DNA of 59,722 nt, filler included. It is 9 parts of 9 records of this genome, joined end to end, with 100 filler letters (N's around TTAATTAATTAA, not from the genome) between each part and the next. Parts side by side here need not be neighbours in the genome. Positions count along the whole stretch, not along the records: positions 28,276 to 33,371 come from SRR31156797_58709; positions 33,472 to 38,500 come from SRR31156797_58725; positions 38,601 to 44,289 come from SRR31156797_58759; 6 more parts are not named here. One strand, given 5' to 3'. The position numbers and the translations under genes were made by a program. Below the pieces are notes generated by a model. It saw only the letters and a program-made list of their open reading frames with translations, had not been told where the DNA came from and made no database searches. The stretch's first letter is position 1, and every line of letters begins with the position of its first letter. This document shows positions 28,276 to 39,235 of the stretch, piece by piece.

Positions 28276-29930
28276 TCCGGATGTGTGAGAACCCTTGTCA
28301 CAGGCCCTTCTTCGATGATCCTGCCTTCGTGCATGACAAAGACCCTGTCAGATATTTTTTTAGCCAGCGCGATGTCGTGGGTGATGAACAACATGGCAAA
28401 GCCGTATGCATTCTGAAGCCCTTTGAGGAGCCTGAGTATATTGGCTCCCGTGGAGGGATCCAGCATAGCGCTGATCTCGTCGGCAATCAGTACGCTGGGT
28501 CTCATGACAAGACTGCGCGCAATGGCTACCCGCTGTCTCTGACCCCCGCTCAGGGTATGGCAGGGACGGGAAAGGAAGTCATCCGAATCGGGCAGCATGA
28601 CATGGTTCAAAGCCTTCCTCACCGCTTCATTTCTGTCAGATTTCGACCCTTCTTTGATGATGTCGAGAGGTTCCCTTAGCGCTTCGGCTATGGAGAGCCT
28701 CCCGTTTGTTGCCGACAGGGGATCCTGAAATACCATCTGAAGCCCTCTCTTCTTTGCGCTTTCATGGTTGCCCGCCAGTTGCCTGCCTTCGAAGACGATC
28801 CGTCCCCGGTCTGCCTGGAGGGAGCCCGAAAGGAGTTCGGCCAGGGTGGTCTTTCCCGATCCCGATTCCCCGACAAGAGCCGCTACCTCACCTGATTTGA
28901 CCCTGATTGAGCAATCCCTGCAGGCGGAGACGGTATTGTTGTTCACATGGTAAATCTTGTGGAGGCCTGTCCCTTCCAGAACCGTGACGATTCCTCCCCG
29001 GGCACAGGCCACGCTCCTGCCGCTCCCTGTCGTCCTGAGGGCCGGATGCCCGTTCCGGCAATCCGGTATGCGCTGGGTGCAGCGATGATAGAAGGGGCAT
29101 TCTCCGGCCCGGGTTCTTTCCTGGGTTCCGGGAATCCCCCACATATCCCGATAAGGATTGATCGCAGGAGAAGAGGAGACAAGGCCCCTGGTGTAGGGGT
29201 GCTCCGGATCGTCCAGCACATCCTCAGTTTCTCCTTCCTCCACAATGCTGCCGGCATACATGACCATGACCCTGGTGCTCATCTGTCGGATGATCTGCAG
29301 TTCATGGGAGATCAACAGCATAGCAAAGTTCTCTCTTTTCTGAAGTTCAAGGAGGAGATGGACAATCTGCTGTTTGGCCGAAGGGTCCAGGGCCATGGTC
29401 GGTTCATCCACAATCAGAACCTTCGGGCGGCAGGATAGAGCCATGGCGATAAGGACTTTCTGTCTCATTCCCCCGGACAGCTGGTGAGGAAAAGCGGACT
29501 TCCATTTCCGTCCCAGTCCGACCATAGCGAGCAGCTCGTCCAGTCGCTCATCTCTGCCTGCCGGGCTCAGAGCCGTATGTCTGGCCATGCATTCGTCTAT
29601 TTGCTCCCCTATTGTGAGAACCGGGTTCAGAACATCGAGGCCGTTCTGGAATACAAGGGCTATTTCTTTCCATCTGTACTCGTTCCATTCATTCTCCGAC
29701 AGAGCGTGCAACGGGCTGTCCCCGTAAAAAAGAATCCCATCCACTGCGGCCTGATCGTTGAGCATTCCCATAAGGGCCAGGGCAAAGGAAGATTTGCCGC
29801 TTCCCGATTCTCCTATCAGCCCGATAGTGGTACCGGACTGCATTTCCAGGCTGACGTTGCAAACCGCAGGGAGTTCTTTTTCCGAATTGTATCGAACGGA
29901 AATATCCTTTGCTCTCAGTATCTTCTTCAT
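28276..29930 (-). CDS. Peptide/nickel ABC transporter ATPase with two fused NBDs, 3' truncated
   Basis: Two Walker A motifs (GESGSGKS, GESGSGKT), LSGGMRQ and LSGGQRQ, and an HPYT..CPF..RC linker. Confidence 0.93.
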
Positions 29931-30775
29931 CACTTTTTTTCCATCGTGTCCTTCGTTGTCAGCTTTTCCAGTTCTCTGCCTACCAGGGCTACCGACAGGA
30001 CCAGGAGTATAAGGGCTATCAGCGGACTCATCACCCACCATTTCCAGTATTCGGTAAAGTAGATTCCAGAGAAATTCATGGACCGGTTCAGGATAATGCC
30101 CCAGCTCTTGGAAAGGGGGTCTCCCAGTCCGAGGAACGCCATCCCCGCTTCCGCTGTAATGGCATGACCGGCTATGCGTATCATTCCGACCAGTATGAGA
30201 GGCAACTCAGCGGGGAGAAAATGCTTTACAGTCAGATGGAGGAAGCCGGCTCCCCAACTCTCTGCTGCCTTTATATAGTTCTCTTTGGCCAGGGACATCG
30301 TCGAGGCTCTGACGATTCTGGCCGGTCTGGTCCAGGTCAGAAGAGCGATGACGATAATGATGTTCCTGACGCTGGGACCGAAGAAGGCTCCCAGAACGAT
30401 CATCATGGGGAGATGGGGGATGACCATCATCGTGTCTATGACCGATGTGAGAGCCCTGTCTATCCATCCCCCGTAATATCCGGCCATGATTCCTATCAAG
30501 CTCCCTCCCAGACCCGCAAGCAGGGCTGTGCCGAATCCTACGATGAGGCTCGTACGGCTGCCGCTGCATATCTGGGCCCAGATATCGATGCCCAGGTCGT
30601 CGGTTCCCAGGGGGTGGGTCGCGTCCGGAGGGGAAAGGGATTCTCCCGAGGGTCTCTGATGGTCATGGGGGCTTAGCAAAGGCGCCAGAAGGGCCGTCAG
30701 CATCAGAAGGATCAGGATGGCCATTCCCGTTTTCCCGGGGAGAGACATGGCGCGTATCAGAGAAAACCGCAGCAT
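29930..30775 (-). CDS. Peptide/nickel ABC permease (DppC/NikC-like)
   Basis: HPLGTDDLG.D, YIKAAE.WGA (EAA loop) and FLGLG...SWG. Confidence 0.93.
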   Translation of the reverse strand: MLRFSLIRAMSLPGKTGMAILILLMLTALLAPLLSPHDHQRPSGESLSPPDATHPLGTDDLGIDIWAQICSGSRTSLIVGFGTALLAGLGGSLIGIMAGYYGGWIDRALTSVIDTMMVIPHLPMMIVLGAFFGPSVRNIIIVIALLTWTRPARIVRASTMSLAKENYIKAAESWGAGFLHLTVKHFLPAELPLILVGMIRIAGHAITAEAGMAFLGLGDPLSKSWGIILNRSMNFSGIYFTEYWKWWVMSPLIALILLVLSVALVGRELEKLTTKDTMEKK

Positions 30776-30776
30776 T

Positions 30777-31739
30777 CTAGGCCCTCCTCAGCCTGGGATC
30801 CATCCGCCTGTGGACCAAGTCGGCCAGGAGATTCATCAAGAGGACCATAAGGGTAATGAAAAAGAAAATCCCCTGGATCAGGACATAGTCACGTACGACG
30901 ACGGCTTCCCTCATCAACCTCCCGATCCCCGGGTAATCGAAGACATTTTCCACAAGCACCGCTCCTCCGAAGAGCATTCCCAGGCTAATGAAAATCCTGG
31001 CGACGACGGGAGGGAGCGCGTTTTTCAGGGCATGGCGGAACAGAATCTTCCTCCGTTTCAGACCTTTCGCTCTGGCTGTCTTTATATAGTCCTTTGTGAG
31101 AACGCCTATCATGCTGTTGCGGGAAAGAAGATAGAACTCGCCCATGCGGGACAGGGTAAGGGTCGCAACGGGCAGGGCGGCGTGGGCCAGCAGATCTCCC
31201 ATAAGTTCGGCGCTACTTTGGAACCGGGCGAACGGGGTTATCCCTCCGGACAATGGAAGCCAGCGCAGACGGGCGGCAAACAGAAAGAGAAAGAACACTC
31301 CCATCAGGAACGCAGGGATTTCGGAGACGGTTATCATGACGAAATAGAGGGCTGGGTCAAGGACCCTTTTCCTGAACCAGGCGGACAGGGAACCGATGAC
31401 AATTCCCGCAAGGCTGCTGAGCAGCAGTGACAGGCTGACGATGAAAAGGGTCCAGGGCAAGCGGGACAGGATAATCTCTGTAACGTCCCTGTTGTAATAG
31501 ATACTGTAACCCAGATATCCCGTCGCCAATCCTTTAAGGTAGCTCAGGTACTGTTTCATCAGGGGCCGGTCCAGGCCGTAATAGGCTTTGTACTCGGCAA
31601 TCTGTTCTTCCGTATAGATAATATCCGAAACATCATCGGTTACTGAGAGAAAGAGGAAGGGATCCCCCGGCATAAGCCGGGGAAGAAAAAAGTTAATGGT
31701 AATGACTACCAGAAATACTACAGGATAGTGTCTGGGCAA
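30777..31739 (-). CDS. Peptide/nickel ABC permease (DppB/NikB-like)
   Basis: RLMPGDP, YGLDRP, DYIKTARAKGL, VENVF.YPGIG and RDY..IQG. Confidence 0.93.
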   Translation of the reverse strand: MPRHYPVVFLVVITINFFLPRLMPGDPFLFLSVTDDVSDIIYTEEQIAEYKAYYGLDRPLMKQYLSYLKGLATGYLGYSIYYNRDVTEIILSRLPWTLFIVSLSLLLSSLAGIVIGSLSAWFRKRVLDPALYFVMITVSEIPAFLMGVFFLFLFAARLRWLPLSGGITPFARFQSSAELMGDLLAHAALPVATLTLSRMGEFYLLSRNSMIGVLTKDYIKTARAKGLKRRKILFRHALKNALPPVVARIFISLGMLFGGAVLVENVFDYPGIGRLMREAVVVRDYVLIQGIFFFITLMVLLMNLLADLVHRRMDPRLRRA

Positions 31740-31741
31740 AA

Positions 31742-33307
31742 CTATTCTCTGATCAGATACGAATTGTTGATATGACTGAAATAGTTATGACCGTAGCGGT
31801 AGGTCCAGTTATCGTATGTCTCCGGCCTGTAGACGAAATTCCACATGGCTCCCGTAATCAGAACCATTGGCACGTCATTGGCAATCTCTTCCTGCAGATC
31901 AAAGATAAGCTCCCTTCTCTTTTCCGGATCTGTTTCCACGGCCTGGGCCTGGGCAAGACGGTTGAGTTCGTCGTTCCTATAGCCTATGATGCTCTGCAGT
32001 CCCCTGGAAGAGGCATTATTATCGGGGTTCACATAGAAAGAGGAGCGGAGGATGTCAGGATCATCGCCCATGCCTCCCAGGAATATCAGGCACAGATCAT
32101 AGTTCCCGCTGCGTATGGCCGCGTCTCTCACCTTGTTTTCAACGCTTGTGAGGTTTATCTCTATGCCCACCTTCGCCAGAGAGAGTTTGATGAGTTCCGC
32201 GGTCTTGACGTCGGCTGGAGTGTTTCCCGTCAGCATATTGTAGCTGTAGTTTTTTCCGCCGAGAAGGTCTTTCGATTTCTCGGGATTATAATCGTATTTC
32301 TCCAGATTCGGATTGAACCAGGGACTGTCGTACCAAATGTATCCCATGCTGGGCACCACTGCCGAGCCTCTGTAAATCTTATCTGCGATCTCCTGCCGGT
32401 CTATCCCATAGGCAAAAGCCTTCCTCATATTCACATCCTGTAATTCAGGATGGGTTTCCATATTCATCATAAGGCGGTAGGCGTGATAGGAGGGCCGGCT
32501 CTCTACCTTGAACTCGTCGCTGCTTTCGTAACGGGAAAGCAGGTCCGCAGGGACCCTGGTGAGATCAATCTCCCTGTTCTCAAAGGCGAGAACGGGATCG
32601 CTTACGGGTATGAACTCGATAGCGTCCGTCGCCTGTTTCAGTCCCCAATACCTGTCAAATGCCACAAAACGGTAGGAACCCTGCTGGGGATTGTAGCTCT
32701 CCATGACAAAAGGACCGCAGCCGATCACGGCGGCATCCCCCTCAAAGCTCGTAGGATCAGCCACCTCTTTCCAGATATGCTCCGGAATTATGCGGGCCGT
32801 TCCCAGTTTGTAGAGATAGGTCACATCTTTTTTATCCGTCGTGATTTCAACGGTGCTCTCGTCGATGGCGCGGGCCTTGTCCACTATGTATTTCCCTGCA
32901 GGCCGCAGAGGGTCTGCCACGGGGGAATGCTCTCTGTAGTAGTTGAAGGAAAAGGCGACGTCCGAGGCCGTCATGACTTCGCCGTCATGCCAGAGAACCC
33001 CATTCTCCAGATGAAAGGTGTAGGTCTTGCCGTCGGCGCTTATGTCCCAGCTTTCGGCGAGCCAGGGAGTATAGCCCTTTTCGTCCCGGTTCAGCAGGGA
33101 ATCGAACACCAGGTGCATTTTGTAGATACCGGGCCCCCTTCTGTTGCACCTGTACGGGCTGGGTAAGCCCCAGTCGCCGCCGCTCAGGTGGAGAACGGTT
33201 TCCTTTGGGTCGGCATTAGCCTGTTCTGTCTGACCCGAGGCGCAAAGCGAGAGGGGGAAAGGCAATAGCAATGCTGTCATGAATAAAAGGGTGTGGAACT
33301 TCTTCAT
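31742..33307 (-). CDS. ABC substrate-binding protein, family 5 (peptide/nickel)
   Basis: Signal peptide ..CASGQTE, PWLAESW..S.DGKTYTF.L...V.WHDG..TA.DV.F and IGCGPF. Confidence 0.92.
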   Translation of the reverse strand: MKKFHTLLFMTALLLPFPLSLCASGQTEQANADPKETVLHLSGGDWGLPSPYRCNRRGPGIYKMHLVFDSLLNRDEKGYTPWLAESWDISADGKTYTFHLENGVLWHDGEVMTASDVAFSFNYYREHSPVADPLRPAGKYIVDKARAIDESTVEITTDKKDVTYLYKLGTARIIPEHIWKEVADPTSFEGDAAVIGCGPFVMESYNPQQGSYRFVAFDRYWGLKQATDAIEFIPVSDPVLAFENREIDLTRVPADLLSRYESSDEFKVESRPSYHAYRLMMNMETHPELQDVNMRKAFAYGIDRQEIADKIYRGSAVVPSMGYIWYDSPWFNPNLEKYDYNPEKSKDLLGGKNYSYNMLTGNTPADVKTAELIKLSLAKVGIEINLTSVENKVRDAAIRSGNYDLCLIFLGGMGDDPDILRSSFYVNPDNNASSRGLQSIIGYRNDELNRLAQAQAVETDPEKRRELIFDLQEEIANDVPMVLITGAMWNFVYRPETYDNWTYRYGHNYFSHINNSYLIRE

Positions 33308-33371
33308 ACCTGCTCCTCTTGTATAAAGTATGAACGGACGATATCTGAGCATTTTTCAAGTTCTCAGAAAA

Positions 33372-33471
33372 NNNNNNNNNNNNNNNNNNNNNNNNNNNNN
33401 NNNNNNNNNNNNNNNTTAATTAATTAANNNNNNNNNNNNNNNNNNNNNNNNNNNNNNNNNNNNNNNNNNNN
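33372..33471. other. Artificial contig spacer
   Basis: N44-TTAATTAATTAA-N44. Confidence 0.99.
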
Positions 33472-34342
33472 CGCAGTCCTGTAAAAGTTCGATAGGCGTT
33501 CTTATTATTCCGCTTATCCTGATGGTCCCTGTCCATTTGATTTTTATTTTGCGACGGTTGAGTTCATCAACAAAAGCCCGGACCCTTTTAAGGTCGATAA
33601 AAAAGTTATCGTCCCAGAATTCGAACTCTTCCACGTTGTGCGTCTTGACGATGTATTCTATTTCATCCACCATGCGTTCGGCGTTCAGGGCCAGCCATCG
33701 TCTCTTATACACGATCGGATCCGCGCAAAAGTAGCAGTTATAGGGGCAGCCTACACTGGAAACCCAGGCCAGATATCTTTTGCCTTCTTCTGATCTACGC
33801 CCGGAATACCTGTCAATATCCACCAAATGATATGGCTTATACGGCAGGTTGTTTATATCGATAAGAGGCCTTTTAGGATTGACGACTATGCCGCCGTTGT
33901 TTTTATAGGCCAAATTTTCGATTTGACCGGGATCAGAGCCGTTCGACAGGCTGTCTACCAGTTCCAGAAAAGGGATTTCTCCCTGCCCGTGAATAATATA
34001 ATCGATGTAAGGGGCGGCCAGGGTTTGTTCGGTCATGATCGAAGCGTGCCACCCGCCCCAGACAATGGGTATTTCAGGAAAATGCTCCTTGACCCACTTT
34101 GAAACTTCAATGGCGCTTTTAAGCTGGACGCCGGTAAGGGAAGACACGCCGACGCAGACCAGGTCGCCGGCCATCGAACTTACAACTTCCTTGTAATTGT
34201 CGTCCATCCTCAAATCCAGGATCGAGACGTCATAGCCTTTTTCGACAATAGGCGCGGCAACCCAGATCAATGACAGGGGGACGTTTATTATCATCTTTTC
34301 CAGAGTATCGGGAAAAATCAGTAGAACTTTGTTTTTTGACAT
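33472..34342 (-). CDS. B12-binding radical SAM protein, 3' truncated
   Basis: B12-binding domain (PLSL..VGVS..WGGWHAS..GQGE), GCPYNCYFC and DDNF. Confidence 0.92.
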
Positions 34343-34394
34343 TTCTTTTTGCCGGGCGGTTGTTACCCGCCTTCTTATATCAGAGTATTATTTG

Positions 34395-35120
34395 TTATTT
34401 ATCTTCGGCAAGCTTTTTGGCCATCAATTCGGCGAACTCGAAATCAATGGGCTCGTCGATATCAACCGAACGCTCCCAGGACATAATGTGCACGCCCGTC
34501 TTTTCCGATATAAGGACGTTTCTGTCGAAGAGTTCCTGCCTTCTTGTGGCATAAGCGCCGCCGTTGGGCGCGGCCAGGGGAGGCAATGACTGGCTGACGC
34601 CCACATCGCCGGTTATCAGGCCGGCCAGCATCTTTTTGGCCTCGCCGCTTTCATCAAAGGTGAACATCCATTCCGGCCTTTCCTGCACCAGAGCGGAAGT
34701 GAAAACCGAATTCCAGCCGGGATTGTTCATAAGCATATTGATACAGGAGTCAATATCCGCACCTTGAATAAAAGGAGTTGTCGGCTGCATGGTAACGGCG
34801 ATGTCAATTTCCTCGCCCTGCTCGTCTTCGACATACTTGACCGCGTGCTGGGTAACAAGCTCGGAAGGACAATCCCAGGAGATATCCTCGGGCCGGTCAA
34901 AGGGAACTTCCGCCCCGTATTCCAGGGAATACTTTTTTATTTCAGGGTGGTCGGTTGAAACAAGCACACGGTCCATCAATTTCGATTCAAGCGCCGCTTC
35001 GACAAGCCAGGCGATCAAGGGTTTGCCGCCCAGGGACTTTATATTTTTAAGAGGGATTCTTTTGGAACCGCCTCGGGCATGGATGACTCCAAGTATTTTA
35101 ACTTTCTTGTTTTCGCTCAT
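34395..35120 (-). CDS. Acylneuraminate/nonulosonate cytidylyltransferase (NeuA/LegF-like)
   Basis: ARGGSKRIPLKNI..LGGKPLI, VSTD, QPTTP and SVDIDEP.DF. Confidence 0.92.
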   Translation of the reverse strand: MSENKKVKILGVIHARGGSKRIPLKNIKSLGGKPLIAWLVEAALESKLMDRVLVSTDHPEIKKYSLEYGAEVPFDRPEDISWDCPSELVTQHAVKYVEDEQGEEIDIAVTMQPTTPFIQGADIDSCINMLMNNPGWNSVFTSALVQERPEWMFTFDESGEAKKMLAGLITGDVGVSQSLPPLAAPNGGAYATRRQELFDRNVLISEKTGVHIMSWERSVDIDEPIDFEFAELMAKKLAEDK

Positions 35121-35124
35121 TTTA

Positions 35125-36498
35125 TTACCACTTGTACCCCAGGGGCTTGGCATCGTCCTTATATTCCTTGAGACGGTCCATTGCTCCAAATACTTTTTTG
35201 AACGCTCGTGTCACCTTTTCCATCTCTTCAAGGCCATTGGGCCTGAAGATATGGTAAAACCAGATAAACCTTTTTCGGATAAGCTCGGTTCCCACGGAAA
35301 AATCATCCGATTTTTCTTCATTCTCCCGACCATAAAGATGACAGGACCAGGGGCAACGATCTTTTCCGTAGGCTATTTTCCTGGTAAAAAGGGGATTTTC
35401 ATTCATCAGGCGGGTGTACCCGGATCCCACCGGAACGCCTTCCTCGCGCAGGGCCTTGAGGATTATGTCTCGGGAAACTCCGGTTTCCTCCTCGTCATAC
35501 AAAAACGGCAGAATATGCGGTACGGCGCCCCGGGGAATATTAACTGTTTTAAGGCCGGGCAATCCGGCAAGATTTTCATTCAGGTATAATGCGTTTTCCG
35601 TCCTGACGCGGTTGTTTTCATCCAGCTTTTCCACCTGGGCCGCGCCCAGGGCCGCGGTCAGTTCGGTCATCCTGAAATTCATGCCCACCATGTTTACCAG
35701 GTCTTCGTCCGACCAGGCGTCGTCGGGAATTGATTCACCGTGATTCCGGATGAGCCTGCATTTCCTGGCCAAGGCGGAATTGTTGGTTATAATCATTCCG
35801 CCTTCACCGGTCATCATGTTTTTGGTTTCCTGGAAGCTGAAGACCCCCATGTCGCCGATGGTCCCGACAAGCCGATCCTTGTATTTGGTTCCCGGCGCCT
35901 GGGCGCAGTCTTCGATAACCACCAGATTGTGCTTTTGGGCTATTTCCATGATCCGGTCCATATCAGCTGAAAAACCGAGCAGGTGAACCACCAAAATAGC
36001 CTTTGTTTTTTCCGTTATGGCCGCTTCGATCTTTTCCGGGTCAAGGCAGAAATTATTCGTAGACACATCCACAAACACGGGAATGGAATTGAAAAGCAGA
36101 ACGGCCATGGCCGTGGCATTAAAGGACATACAGGTGGTTATGACTTCATCGCCCGGTCCTACGCCGGCAGCGCCCAGGGCCGTTGAAATGCCTGAAGTGG
36201 CTGAAGTGACCGTGATGGCATAGTCAATGGCAAATTTTTCAGCAAAGGCTTTTTCAAATCGCCGGACCATTCTGCCGCCCAGAAAAGTGAAATACTGGCT
36301 TTTATAATCAGCGGCTTCGGAAGAAGGCATAACCAGCATCTCTTCAATGTCTTCAGACGGGCTGCCCATGAAACGGGAAAATTCCTCATTATCGAGAACT
36401 TCATTTATGATCTTTCTTTCGGATTCATCCACGACTACAGACGTGCGCAGCGGCCCGGTCAAAACCGGTTGTCCTCCCAACAGGGCTAATTCTTCCAT
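35125..36498 (-). CDS. DegT/DnrJ/EryC1/StrS aminotransferase
   Basis: GPGDEVI, IEDCAQA, SFQETKNMMTGEGG (PLP lysine) and GMNFRMTE. Confidence 0.93.
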   Translation of the reverse strand: MEELALLGGQPVLTGPLRTSVVVDESERKIINEVLDNEEFSRFMGSPSEDIEEMLVMPSSEAADYKSQYFTFLGGRMVRRFEKAFAEKFAIDYAITVTSATSGISTALGAAGVGPGDEVITTCMSFNATAMAVLLFNSIPVFVDVSTNNFCLDPEKIEAAITEKTKAILVVHLLGFSADMDRIMEIAQKHNLVVIEDCAQAPGTKYKDRLVGTIGDMGVFSFQETKNMMTGEGGMIITNNSALARKCRLIRNHGESIPDDAWSDEDLVNMVGMNFRMTELTAALGAAQVEKLDENNRVRTENALYLNENLAGLPGLKTVNIPRGAVPHILPFLYDEEETGVSRDIILKALREEGVPVGSGYTRLMNENPLFTRKIAYGKDRCPWSCHLYGRENEEKSDDFSVGTELIRKRFIWFYHIFRPNGLEEMEKVTRAFKKVFGAMDRLKEYKDDAKPLGYKW

Positions 36499-36529
36499 CT
36501 CTGATATCCCTTTTATAATGTGAATAGAC

Positions 36530-37546
36530 TCAGGCCGGCGGCCTGGCCAATGTTTTAAATTCGCCGTTTCTTTCAGCAGATTCCAGCATGGCGTCCACAA
36601 GGGACATTGTCCAATAGCCGTCCAGGGCCGTGCATGCCGGCGCTTCTACTTTTCCGTCCAAAACAGCTGTTATTTCATAAACCGCATCCAGCAAGGGATC
36701 GCCTTGATCAACCCTTGGAATATCCGCCTCAATCAGTTCCCTGTAACCGGAATAACGGTCGCTATCCTTAAAATGGTACAGTTTTAACTCGAATCCATTC
36801 TGCAAAATCTGTATGCGGCCTTCACTCCCCATGATGTCTATTTCCATAACCAGGTCTTCCCGTTTTCCGGTTGCGGCGATGGAACAAAAAACATTGTCCG
36901 AAAATAGAACAACTCCTGAAAGTGAAGGATCGCCCGTCTGAGCGGAAGGAGTAATAATGCCGGCGGCGGAAACAGGGTTTTGATCGAGGAGCATGCGAAG
37001 TGAATCGAACAAGTGAGTTCCGATATTATAAATCTGGCCGGGATAGTATGCATGCACGGATTTGATTTTGCCGATTCCGCCTTGTTTCACGATCGCGGAT
37101 GCCTGCCTGAACAAGCCATTCCAACGCCGGTTGTGATTCAAGGCGGTTACAATCCCTTTTTCGCGGCCAGCCCTATAACACCTTTCAGCAGCCGCCCGGT
37201 CGGCGGCAAACGGTTTTTCCGCAAAAATTGCTTTTACATCAGATTTAGCCAATTCAATAAACAGGTTTTCATGAGAGGCTGTCGGCGTACAGATCGAAAC
37301 AATATCCGGTTTTTGATCGGCAAACATTTCCTGCAGTCCCGAATAGACAGGAATGCCAGGAAACGCCTTATTGAATTGAGCCGCCTTGGCAGGATCAATT
37401 TCAACCGCGGCGATGAGTTCCGTATTTTCACAACGGTCGTAGGCGTGACAATGGCTCCAGGTCTGGGTTCTTTTGGGGTCGAGTTGAAGCTGAAAGCCGA
37501 TATTACCGAGGCCTATAACCGCGGATTTGTATTTATTCATACTCAT
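36530..37546 (-). CDS. Gfo/Idh/MocA oxidoreductase
   Basis: IGLGNIG, ICTPT..H, AEKP, NHNRRW and GTH.FD. Confidence 0.92.
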   Translation of the reverse strand: MSMNKYKSAVIGLGNIGFQLQLDPKRTQTWSHCHAYDRCENTELIAAVEIDPAKAAQFNKAFPGIPVYSGLQEMFADQKPDIVSICTPTASHENLFIELAKSDVKAIFAEKPFAADRAAAERCYRAGREKGIVTALNHNRRWNGLFRQASAIVKQGGIGKIKSVHAYYPGQIYNIGTHLFDSLRMLLDQNPVSAAGIITPSAQTGDPSLSGVVLFSDNVFCSIAATGKREDLVMEIDIMGSEGRIQILQNGFELKLYHFKDSDRYSGYRELIEADIPRVDQGDPLLDAVYEITAVLDGKVEAPACTALDGYWTMSLVDAMLESAERNGEFKTLARPPA

Positions 37547-38500
37547 CAAAGTTGTTCTCATAATCCATGTTAGCCTGTTCAAGGTCGCTCATACGCCCTA
37601 TATCCAGCCAATATTCGCGAACGGGAAAGGAACGGACCGTCTGTTCCCTGTTTATCAATTCCTTGAACAGGTCCGGCATATCAAACGTTTTATCCCTGGG
37701 TATCAGGCCGAGACAATCCGGGTTAAGCAGGTAGATGCCGGCATTGATGAAAAAATTTTGAACCGGCTTTTCCTTTATTTCCATGATGGTGTTTTCATCG
37801 GTCCGAACCACGCCGTAAGGCACTTCCAGGTTGAACTCGCGCACGCACATGGTGGCCGTGTTTTCCCTTGTCTCGTGGTATTCGAGCAGATTCAGAAAGT
37901 TGACCTTGGTCAACAGGTCGCTGTTCATTACGAAAAACGGCTCGTCAACCCGGCGGTTGAGAAGCGCCAGGGCGCCGGCGGTGCCCATCGGCTCGGGTTC
38001 TTCAATGTAATCTATGTTAACGCCCCATTTGGCGCCGTCCCCGAAATAATTTTTAATCATGTCAGCCTTGTAACGGACCGATATAACTATGTTGTGGAAG
38101 CCGTACTTGCCGAAATTTTCAATAATTGTTTCGAGGATCGGCTTGTTGCCGACTTTTAAAAGCGGCTTCGGGGTTTTTCGGGTCAGAGGCCGCAGGCGGG
38201 TTCCCTTCCCGCCGGCCATCAGCACGACCAGATTGTCTTTTTTCTTAACCCTGACGATATCATCAATGGATTTAATGCGTATTATTCTTCCGTCTTCATC
38301 CAGAACCGGTATTTGAAGAAGGCCTTTCTGAATCATCAGGTCGTTAATGGTTTCGCTGTCGTCAGTTACTTCCGCGGTTATCGGATTCTTGTTGCAGACC
38401 TCATCAACCGGGTCGTCCAGGGAAACGCCTCTAAGCAATCCCCTGCGGATATCGCCGTCGGTGACGCTGCCGACCAACCTGTCCTGTTCATCCACCACCA
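37533..38500 (-). CDS. CBS-domain nucleotidyltransferase (PtmE/LegX-like), 5' truncated
   Basis: TDGDIRRGLL (CBS), MAGGKGTRLRPLT..PKPLL, GTAGAL and YWLDIG. Confidence 0.92.
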
Positions 38501-38600
38501 NNNNNNNNNNNNNNNNNNNNNNNNNNNNNNNNNNNNNNNNNNNNTTAATTAATTAANNNNNNNNNNNNNNNNNNNNNNNNNNNNNNNNNNNNNNNNNNNN
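38501..38600. other. Artificial contig spacer
   Basis: N44-TTAATTAATTAA-N44. Confidence 0.99.
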
Positions 38601-38601
38601 C

Positions 38602-39234
38602 GCAACCTGTCTTTTAATTTCAAACATTCTTGCTTCCAAAATTATGATGATTGGTCTATGGTCGGCACCAGCCGGAGTATTAATATTCCCGTTGGCCTAT
38701 ATCATAAACGATGTTTTGGTAGAAGTTTGGGGTTACCAAAAAACACGGCTGATTATCTGGGCCGGATTTGGAGTAAATATTTTAGCGGTACTTTTTTTTA
38801 GTTTAGCCATTGCTGTTACTGCTGCACCCTTTTGGGAAAACCAAAATGCCTTTGCAACAGTTTTGGGCAGCACCCCGCGAATTGTAGGAGCCAGCATGCT
38901 GGCCTATTTGTTTGGCTCGTTTTTAAACGCCTATATAATGAGCAAATTTAAAGTACTTTCCAAAGGAAAGGGATTTTCTTTAAGAGCGGTTATTTCTACC
39001 CTTGCCGGCGAAGGGATCGACTCACTTATTTTTATTGTTATTGCATTTGCCGGAAATTTCCCGGTAAAAGTATTGTTTACAATGGTACTTACACAGGCAA
39101 TTATAAAAACAGTTTATGAAATTGCTGTACTCCCGCTTACCATTTTGGTTGTGCGGAAAGTAAAACAACTGGAAGGCATTGATACTTTCGATTACTCGGT
39201 GTCGTACAATCCGTTTCGACTAAAACAGGTTTAA
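38602..39234 (+). CDS. yhhQ: Queuosine precursor transporter (YhhQ/COG1738), 5' truncated
   Basis: LISNILASK, FPLAYIINDVLVEVWG, RIVGAS..AY, R..ISTL.GE..DS.IF; adjacent to queC and queF. Confidence 0.9.
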   Translation, partial: ATCLLISNILASKIMMIGLWSAPAGVLIFPLAYIINDVLVEVWGYQKTRLIIWAGFGVNILAVLFFSLAIAVTAAPFWENQNAFATVLGSTPRIVGASMLAYLFGSFLNAYIMSKFKVLSKGKGFSLRAVISTLAGEGIDSLIFIVIAFAGNFPVKVLFTMVLTQAIIKTVYEIAVLPLTILVVRKVKQLEGIDTFDYSVSYNPFRLKQV

Positions 39235-39235
39235 A

